64,000 nt of DNA from Zygnema circumcarinatum SAG 698-1b (Eukaryota; Plantae; Zygnematophyceae): the NCBI GenBank assembly GCA_037447605.1, contig CM074812.1, positions 3,162,001 through 3,226,000 on the forward strand. Direction: 5' to 3'. This document shows positions 55,501 to 64,000 of the stretch, piece after piece. How positions within the stretch are numbered: position 1 is the first letter of the stretch; each line of letters begins with the position of its first letter. The notes beneath the pieces were generated by a model. That model worked only from the letters and a program-made list of their open reading frames with translations, ran no database searches and was not told where the DNA came from. The position numbers and the translations under genes are program-made.

Positions 55501-56226
55501 ATGATGCGCTACGCATGCGACTGCATGGCCGGCGTCCCATGCACTAACCCCCTGCCACGTGGCCACTCCTGTCAGATGAGCGATCGGACGGCTCAGAACT
55601 CTCCGGCATTCTCCGAGGAGGGCTCTGACGTTGCCATAGAGACCAAAGATGTCCCAAAATTCGTCCCTAATTATAACTTGGGGGTGAATCCTCTTACTGA
55701 ATATTCGATGCCTCCGCGGCACGTCCTCAATGGGAGGCTGAGAGGCGCAGTGGGAGGCGTGCTGGAGCTGCCTTTGGAGAACGTGGAGGATTTCTACGTC
55801 CTGGGTTCGAACCTCGGCTCTGGCTCCATGGGGGCTGTAAGGCGCTGCATTGACCGGCGGTCCTTGCAGTCCTTCGCATGCAAAACGATCGAGAAGGCGC
55901 GGCTCACTAATTTGATGGCTGTGAGCGACCTCAGGGGAGAGGTGGCGGCGCTTAAATCCTTGGAAGGACACCCTCACGCTATACAGCTTCGTGGCGCTTT
56001 TGAGGATGAAAAGGTACAAACGTAATGCTAACGCGTGTTGTTGTTACGTTAGATGAACATAAGAGCCTCTCCAATGCTCTCTGTCTTCCCCTCCCTTTCT
56101 CCCCCTCTCTCTTCCCCCCTAACTTTGTCCCCCCTCTCTGTCTTTCTCCCTCTCCCAGTTGAAAGTGCTAATATTTGTACTCCCCCCTCGCTCTCTCTCT
56201 CTCGCTCTCTCGCTCTCTCTCTCTCG

Positions 56227-56289
<63 letters not shown>

Positions 56290-58129
56290 CCTCTCTCCCT
56301 CTCTCCCTCTCTCCCCCTCTCCCTCTCTCTCTCTCATCCTCCCTTGCTGATATTTGCTCTTGATGTTGGGCGGTCTGCAGAATGTCCACCTCATACTGGA
56401 GCTGTGCCACGGCGGCGACCTCTTCGAGCGCATCCGCCGCAAGCCGCATGGCTACTCCGAACGCGCCGCGGCGGAAGTCTGCCGAGCGGTCGCCGCCGCC
56501 CTCGCGAGCTGCCACAAGCGCGGCTTCATGCACCGCGACGTGAAGCCGGAGAACATTCTCCTCCTCTCCCGCCACTCGGACCACCATGTCAAACTCGCCG
56601 ACTTTGGCCTCAGCGCTTTCGTCCACCCAGGTGAGGTTCACATAAAAAAACCCACTTCGGCATAAGCTAAAATAAAGCCGAATTCTATCTTATTCCTTAT
56701 GTAACATCTTATACTCAATTCATGAAGGAGTTTCTAACTTGGGAGTTTCTAGGTTGTCATTGCGTTGTGCGCTTTGGCAAGGACCTAAAGGGGTGGGTGA
56801 GAGTGAGGGAGGAGGGGTTGCAGGTCGAAGATTGGAGCGGGTAGGAGGCAGCCCTTTCTACATAGCGCCTGAAGTTCTCCGCCAGAGTTATGGTCCCGAG
56901 GCGGACCTATGGAGCTTGGGAGTGGTGCTCTACCTCCTCCTTTGTGGCTTCCCTCCCTTTCCCGGACGAAGAAAGGAGGCTATATTTGAGAGAATAAGGG
57001 CAGGAAAATACGATATGGAGACGGGTCCCTGGAAGACTGTCTCTTCGGGAGCGAAGGACCTTGTGAGGCAGTTGCTGTGTAGGGATCCGGAGCTTCGCAT
57101 AACTGCAGGGCAGGTGAAAGGTGAGCACTCAGAGCCCCTTTGAAAATTTGAAAAGCGTTCTAACTCAGGGAGTAGGTCATGTTCAGTTTCTTGTTGAAGG
57201 AGTTCAATGGTGAGATTGGTACTCGGGTCTGGGAGAGGGGGGGGGGGGGGGGGGGGGGNNNNNNNNNNTGGAGATAGGAAGGTAGGTGGGCTGGGGCACA
57301 GGTGAATAGGAGAAAGCGAGGGGTTGAGAGGGAGGGATGGAGGGTGGGAGGGAGTGAAGGAGGTAGGGAGGTGGGAGGGAGAGAGAGAGAGAGAGGAGGG
57401 TAGGGAGGGAGAGAGGGGAGAATGGGAGGAAGGCAGGGTTGAAACTTGCATGCAGTTTGCAGGTCCTAACAAAGATATGCTTTTGTAAGTAAGTTCGTGC
57501 TTAGTTAATGAACTACTTTCCATTTCTCTCTTTGTGCAGGGCATCCTTGGATTCTTCAGAACTGCCGCGAAGAGGTTCCTTTGGAGAACGTGTTCTTTAC
57601 AGAAACCACGAGCGATGCATTCGCCGACTCCTCTCAAGCCTTCAACCTTTCACGCAGTTCGGCGCAAAGGCCCCAACAGGAGGTCGTCCCAGCGGCTAAG
57701 GACCCGCAAGAAACCACTCATACCGCACCTCCAATGCTCCTTATCTCAACTCCGCATCATCGAAAACTTCAATACTTTGAGTTTCCTATCATCATCGCTC
57801 CGACTGCCAAGACGCAGGAGAAGCATCTACTGCTTGACCGTCAACAACAACAACATGCAACAACATATGAACATCAACAACATGCAACATCCATTCAACA
57901 TTCAGTGCTTGAAGATCTGTATGCGGAAAGCGAGGAATTGGGTTCTGGAAAGGGAGAAGACAGCGACATGAGTTCCCCTATGGACGCCGAGAGTTCCTGT
58001 GATTCAATAGACTCCAAGAGCAGTGAGCTAAGCAGCTCATCGGGGAGTTCGGCGTCGCCATGGAGAAAGTCACAAAGATGCGAGTCTCATACTTCTTCCA
58101 ATGGTCCGCCGGGGGGGTTTGGGGTTTAG
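55501..58129 (+). CDS. CDPK-family Ser/Thr kinase lacking EF hands (PEPC-kinase-related-like), 4 exons
   Basis: Exons 55501-56013 ([27 protein letters not shown]), 56381-56630 ([25 protein letters not shown]), 56824-57120 ([20 protein letters not shown]), 57540-58129 (HPWI then an S/Q-rich tail with no DxDxDG loops). Confidence 0.9.
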
Positions 58130-59616
58130 AATGGGAGGCAGAGACGGAGAGTACTTCTCTCACCGGGGTTCAACTTTTCTTCATAGTGTCTGTTCATCTC
58201 AAAGGCGAGAGTTTTGAGCAGTGTTGGAGGTTGAAAAGGGAGGGAGGAGGGAGGGAGTGCAGCACCTTTGAAGGAGGTTTCTAGTGAAGGAGAAAGGAAC
58301 TAAGTTTAGTTTTTTGCTGTTGCTTTTTTCCGATGAATTTTTCTCTCGACCCGCCGATTCTGTTTTTGAGAAGAAGGGGACGAATTCGGAACATCGGAGC
58401 TGGTAGTGGTCGGCGACGAATATAGCTAAAAGTGTTTTTTTTTTCTCATTTGATTCTTACATCGATGAGAGAGTTTTAGTTACGAGTGAGTACATTTGAA
58501 GTTTAAGTCAGTAGTAAAGTATACATTTTGAGTGGAAATTAGTTAGTCTTAGGTCCTCATACAGATTTTAGGTACATGTCAGCAACGATGAGTAGGCTAG
58601 AGAAGGGAGTGAGAGTGAGAGAGATGGGGGGAGAGAGAGAGAGGGGCGGAGAGAGAGGGAGAGAGAAAGAGGGAGAGAGAGGAGAGAGAGAGAAAGAGAG
58701 AGAGAGGGGGGAGAGAGAGGGAGAGGGAGAGGGAGAGAGAGAGAGGGGGAGAGATGGAGACACGGAGAGAGAGGGAGAGAGGGAGAAAGAGAGGGAGAGA
58801 GAGAGAGAGGAGGGAGAGAGAGAGACACGGAGAGAGGGAGAGAGAGGGAGAGGGAGAGAGAGAGAGGGGGAGAGGGAGACACGGACAGAGAGGGATGGAG
58901 TGAGAGGGAGCACACCCACATGCAGTGGAGGGCTCCAGTCTCTAGCTCAGCATAAGGGTTTTTTTTAGCTCCGTTTGCTTTGGTATCAGTTGACTTTATC
59001 GAGGTCCATTCCTTTGTTTTTTGCATTGCCGTACAGGAAACGCTTGGTGGTAGCTTTTGTCCGTACAGTAGCATTCGTTAGTTTTTTTCTTTTTGTCCTT
59101 AGCAAGTTCCTCGTGGTTCCCCATGATGATGATGTCCATGTATATTTGATGGCATGCATCATCGCCATGCGTGAGATCAATGCCAGATCCATCCCCTTCT
59201 TTTTTCTATTTAGGGAACCCTTTGAAGCTCTGTAGTTCTGCTTTTAGTTCTTCAAATTTTCTTCTCTCCATGCCTGCCTTTTCTGCCTTTGAAAAACAAG
59301 GCCAAGCCAAGTCAAGTCAAGCGATGTCAAGCCAAGCCAAGTTTCCCACTCCTTCCATGTGTGACCATGACTTGACTTGACTTCCATGACTTGACATAGT
59401 GTCAAAGATGACCCATGGCTCATTTCTAGTTTCAACATGGAGAAAGCCCCAACAGCGACTAGACCTCCTCTTGAGCAAGTTCCCTTGTTCATGCGAATTT
59501 TTGCATCTAAGCGTCCATGCATAGCATGAAACGTAGTGACTGAATGCGTCCATTAGTCAACCAAATTTGGAACTAGTCGACCAACTTGGTCACGATTGTT
59601 TCAGACCTCGCCAATA

Positions 59617-59826
59617 GGGGGAGTCAGACCTTGACCATCGCCAAATCAATTTCGTAAGCCTGTCGGGCAAATTCAGCATTGGCTAGGTACTGTACGCATT
59701 TCGGTACGGCTGTGTACGGCGGAGCCGCGGATCCCGAGCCGGAATTCGTACACGAAAGAAGTGACTTTTAGTACAGTATAAGGAATTCGGGAATTTCGTA
59801 AGCGATGGTCAAGGCCTGACTCCCCC
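59617..59826. mobile_element. Small MITE, GGGGGAGTCAG TIRs, TA flanks, copy C
   Basis: ta|gggggagtcagac...gcctgactccccc|ta; ~140 bp of interior shared with 42555-42758. Confidence 0.8.
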
Positions 59827-61273
59827 TAATGGTTGGCCGGTTTTTCGCAACAAACTGCGCCGCGTCTGGTTTGCAAACCGGGGACCGCAGCCGATGTTGT
59901 TCCCCCAATGGAAGCTCGCCACGTGGACAAATGTGCTTACGTAGCCAATTTCCATCGCTCGACGATGTCGGAGGTATTTGCTCGCAACGGGAAAAGGCCC
60001 AAACTGAAACTGGATCTAACACATGGATAGCCGAATAATACGATAGTTACAGTGTTACTGGGAATTCATACATATGGAAACAAAATTTGTTGAACGACCA
60101 AATATATTGCTACAGTTAGACAGCGCTGTGCACATGGAAGAGACCTGGGAATTCCGTACGCACTTTTGTACGGAGAACCGAACTTTCCAGTATCCTACGG
60201 CTAGTTCAACCAAACTCAGTTGTTCCGAACCGGAAGCAGTCGTGACCGAACCGAAACAGTCGTCTACAACCAAAGTATGTTGTGCCGAACCGGAAACAGC
60301 TGTGCTGAACCGGAAAACGGAAGTAGAAGCACCGTCCGCCTGCAGGTCTATCTGTCGCTCTCCCTCTCCCACAGACGGAGGCAGCCATGGCGGAAGCTTG
60401 ACGAGTGCAGATCTGCTCCCGCCTGTGCTTCCCAGGTGCATGCCTCGCTCTCTTTCTCTCGCTTTACCTCTCTGTCGTTCTCTCTCACTCTCTCTAACGC
60501 TCTCTCTCTCTGTGTTTCTCTCTCTCACTCTCTCTTTCTGTCACTCCCTTCTCTGTCTCTCGCTCTCCCTCGCTCTCCCTCCCTTTCTCCCCGCACTCCC
60601 TGTAGCTAACTTCCCCACATCCCTCTTCCCTCCTCCACCGGCCATCATTCTTCCCTCTCTCCACCTATTCCCCCTCTCGCTCGCTCCCTCCCCCCCGGTG
60701 TCTCCCATCTCACTCTCTCCCTCACACGACTTCGCGCTTTCTCCTCCTTCCTTTCCCTCGACGTCTCTGTCTCCCCTTCTGCTCACTTATCCTTTCACGA
60801 TCATGCTACCTCTCTCCCTCTCTCCCTCTCTCCCTCCCTCTCTCTCATGTATCTCACGTTTCTCCCAATCGTCCTCCCTCTGCCTCTCACATTCACTCTC
60901 TTTCTGCCCCTCCATTCATCCCTCTGCGTCCCCGCTTCCTCCCTCCCTCTCCCTCTTCCTTCTCTCCAGCTCTTCCTCCCCCTCTTACTCCCCCTCTCCC
61001 TCCCCCTCACTCTAACCTTTAGCCAAGAGGGACTTTGCAGGACGATCAACCACAGATCCGAGACCCTCCCTCCAGTACTTTCCGGATTCCGAGTTCCGAA
61101 ATTTAGGGTTCACTGAATTCATTTTCCGTAAAAGCCTCTTTTCTCTTATTGGCTCTCTTCAAAGAGCCTCTCTCTGAGGGGGAGGAAGGCGGTGTTCGCA
61201 TCGAGGGTTCAGGTCCTCACTTTTTGGGTATTCTAGGGTTTCTGATCGCCAGAAAGGAACGAAAGGAGGAACC

Positions 61274-61952
61274 ATGTGGGCCACATCGAGGTTGAAGGCT
61301 ATTGACTTCTACAGGTGGGGCGGCTCCTCTCCCCCTCTCTCGCTCTCTCTCCCTCTCTCTCTTTCCATCTCAACCTCTCACTCACCCTTCATCTTGCTCT
61401 CAATTGCCTCGCTCTCTCTCACTCTCAATAGCGCCCTCACACCTTCTGCCTCTCTTTCCGCACAATTCGATTCCTCTCTGTTTCCCTCTTTACTCTCCCT
61501 CTCCCTCTCCTTCTCCCTCTCCCTCTCCCTCTCCCTCTCCCTCCCTCTCCCTCCCTCTCCCTCTCCCTCTCCCTCTCCCTCTCCCTCTCCCTCTCCCTCT
61601 CCCCCTCCCCCTCCCCCTTCCCGACCTGCCCCATCCCTCACTCGCCTGTGGTGCCAATTTGCTGTAACTCGCTCTCTCACACTTTCTCCCCCCTCTTCCT
61701 CTCTCCCACTCTCCCCCCCTCTCTCTCTCTCCCCCTCTAGAGCCCCTCTGCGGTAAAGAGCATACCATCGAATTGATTCGAACTTTGATCAATGAAATTT
61801 TCTCCTTTCTTTCAAAATATTGTAATTAAATTAGGTTTGTTTCTTGGCTGTATTTCTTCAGGAAAATTCCGCGCGATTTGACGGAAGCTTCCTTGTCAGG
61901 AGCCGGCCTCTCAATAATCGCCGCCATTTCTATGGCTCTCCTTTTTGGAATG
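61274..61952 (+). CDS. PDI-C subfamily / PDIL5-3/5-4-like protein (ERGIC-N domain), first two exons only
   Basis: 61274-61314 (MWATSRLKAIDFYR|gtgggg) + 61862-61952 (KIPRDLTEASLSGAGLSIIAAISMALLFGM|gtgaga), which matches my recollection of the plant PDI-C N-terminus closely. No further exons were found; an N gap follows at ~62240. Confidence 0.85.
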
Positions 61953-63133
61953 GTGAGAAAAAAATCACATTTCTGCCCTCCAAGCGGGTTCTATTTCTAA
62001 TTGGAAATAAAAAATGGAGTTGGAAGTTCTTAAATTATGCAGCAATTTAGGTTTATGGAGTTTTAGGGTTGTGGGCTTTTAAAATTCTTGGCTCTTTTTA
62101 GATTTTTAGGGTTAAGCACTATAAGGAGTGCTTATTCGGGGTGTAAATCGGAGCTTAGAGTATCGCCATTTTATGGTTTATGGTATGCATGCATTTTATG
62201 TTTTTAGGGTTCAGGATTTCGATAGCTGAACTAGGTTACAAATGGGGCTTGCAGGGCTGNNNNNNNNNNNNNNNNNNNNNNNNNNNNNNNNNNNNNNNNN
62301 NNNNNNNNNNNNNNNNNNNNNNNNNNNNNNNNNNNNNNNNNNNNNNNNNNNNNNNNNNNTGTATGAAGATGATGTTGCGTTGTGGCTGACATCATTCGAA
62401 TTGTGATGTTGCGGATGTGTCAGTGTCTTTTGCCCTCTTTTTACATGTGCTAAATATCCATTTGCTCGTATTTTTTTGCTGTGTTTGGTTTGATTTAGTT
62501 CAAAAAAAACCATAAAAATCCTAAAGCCCCTAAAAGGTCATTTATTGATAGTCAAGTCTTAATCATTACCTATCTATTTAAGGGAGAGAGAGAGGGAGGG
62601 AGGGCGACAGGCATATTCCTTTACATTAAACCTTTCCCCTTTTAGCATTACTTTCATGCTACTACTCATATTAATATACAATTCACAAGATTCTCTGGGA
62701 CAGTTTCTTCAGCGAGTCGTCCTGAACAGATGGTCAGAAAACATGTGAGCAGCTTTACCACGTCGAAGTGAGACTAAGTAAGCCACTGGTCACGGTACTG
62801 ACAGGGAAATTTTAGATATTTTTTGATTATCAGAAGTAAAAGTTACTAAAACTACATGATTGGAGCCCATTATTGATTCTTTGATTCGTCCGCTTTTTTT
62901 GCCTTGAAATCAAACCGAGAGTGCTGAAACTCCTGCACAAAAGCTACATGGCAAGTAAGCATGGGGACATAGGATTTCTACGAAGAAAACATCCTTGCTG
63001 AAAGCTGTGGAGTAATGCATAAAAAATAACAGAGAGAAATAAAAGGAAAAAAAAATCCAAAAGCATTCGTTCTCAGAAACACAAAGAGACGAGAGTCTTT
63101 AAGAGATAAGCAGAGGCAATAAAGGCACTTACT

Positions 63134-64000
63134 TCACTGTATTCTTTCCGTGTTCGGCCGAGGAACGAAAAAAGAAGACTGGTCGAGCTGCTGCTTCAAG
63201 ATGGGCTGCAACTTTGATCCTCCAAGAGGAGATAAACTTTCAGAAGGAGAAGCTGCAGTCTCTGAATTTAAAGAACCCACATTGGGGGGACTTGGGCCCA
63301 ATCCAAGCCCAGATCCAATGTCATCTCTCCCTACCTCTCCTGCAGTCCTCGGCCAGTGAAGGAGAGAGCTTCCGCCATGGCTGCCGGAGTTGGGGTTTTT
63401 CGGGTTTAAGTTTGGGTTTGTAGAAGCATCAAACTCACGAGGAGAAGCTTTCTGCGAGCTTCCCTGTTGTAGCTGCTGTTGGTGCTGGTAGAGTAGCCCC
63501 ATAAGGGAGTGGCGACTAAGGTTGGGAGAAACCCGCGAACTATTTGTCAGAGAGGAGAGGTTAGAGAGAGCAGGAGAGCTGCCATAGTTGTCAAATGAGG
63601 AGCTTCCCCCCACTCCTCCTCCTCCTCCTCCTCCTCCTCCTCCTCCCCTTCCTTGCTCCCCATTCGTCGAAGGTGTTTCAGGCATCATCCCAGCCATTAC
63701 TTGCTGTGCTTCTAATGACAAATTCCCCTTTTGGGGAAGCTGGAGAAAATCTATCGTTCCCCCTCCCCCTGCCCCTCTTCCCCTACCCTCTGGGAGAGAG
63801 TTCTGAAGGTTTCCTTCAAGCTTGTTCCCTCCTCCCCCTCCCCCTCCCAATCCTCCCACTCCCCCATTTCCCATTCCCATACCTCCACTCCACTCCTCTC
63901 CCCCTCCCTTCTCCTTCTGCAGCTGAGCAAGCTGCTGCTGTTCATGCAGCTGCCTTACTACATCTACAGAGCCCCCACATTGTAAGAAGAGCTGAACAGC
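63134..64000 (-). CDS. 3' exon of an unidentified gene (G/Q/S-rich low-complexity C-terminus), partial
   Basis: The frame is open from the window end (AVQLFLQCGGSVDVVRQLHEQQQLAQLQKEK...) to TGA at 63134; composition looks protein-like; family not recognised. Confidence 0.6.
   Translation of the reverse strand, partial: AVQLFLQCGGSVDVVRQLHEQQQLAQLQKEKGGGEEWSGGMGMGNGGVGGLGGGGGGGNKLEGNLQNSLPEGRGRGAGGGGTIDFLQLPQKGNLSLEAQQVMAGMMPETPSTNGEQGRGGGGGGGGGGGVGGSSSFDNYGSSPALSNLSSLTNSSRVSPNLSRHSLMGLLYQHQQQLQQGSSQKASPREFDASTNPNLNPKNPNSGSHGGSSLLHWPRTAGEVGRDDIGSGLGLGPSPPNVGSLNSETAASPSESLSPLGGSKLQPILKQQLDQSSFFVPRPNTERIQ

Noticed and set aside
55803-55815. GGTTCGAACC B-box/tRNA-like motif
   Set aside because: It lies within the kinase coding exon, with no cloverleaf or A-box
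58986-59192. 68-aa minus-strand ORF (WGTTRNLL...KRFLYGN)
   Set aside because: No recognisable family, and it overlaps a dispersed repeat block; could be a TE remnant but this is unsupported
60074-61015. 313-aa ORF, and the MAEA* uORF with a donor at ~60436, upstream of the PDI-C gene
   Set aside because: The ORF is made of CCGAACCG-type repeats plus a CT tract; the region may be 5'UTR or TE-derived, with no coding evidence

Overview
Eukaryotic, intron-rich plant-lineage DNA, most likely a streptophyte alga or another early-diverging streptophyte. This is inferred from plant-type gene families, TTTAGGG telomere-like repeats and GT-AG introns stuffed with (GA/CT)n tracts; the species cannot be identified from the sequence. 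I could splice 12 protein-coding genes by hand: CSN7 (-, 3' end runs off the window), IMPACT/YIH1 (+, intronless), endonuclease III NTH (-), PIG-M (+, broken at a gap), a small SIAMESE-related-like protein (+), Ubl-SAYSvFN protein SAYSD1 (-), Bax inhibitor-1 (+), GYF/Tat-SF1 (HTATSF1/ELF9-like) (-), a triple-PHD-finger protein built by a tandem exon duplication (+), a CDPK-type kinase without EF hands (+), the first two exons of a PDI-C/PDIL5-type gene (+), and the 3' end of an unidentified gene (-). Mobile DNA comprises two copies of a ~0.9 kb foldback TIR element with 8-bp TSDs and three small GGGGG-GTCAGAC MITEs. The most striking unexplained structure is a recurring 5'-gene-end architecture: arrays of telomere-like heptamers hundreds of bp long that point outward from first exons, together with strong enrichment of CACGTG (G-box) even inside coding exons. 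Most long ORFs in the supplied track are artefacts of GA/CT low complexity. I found no tRNA, rRNA or CRISPR array. All counts were made by eye.
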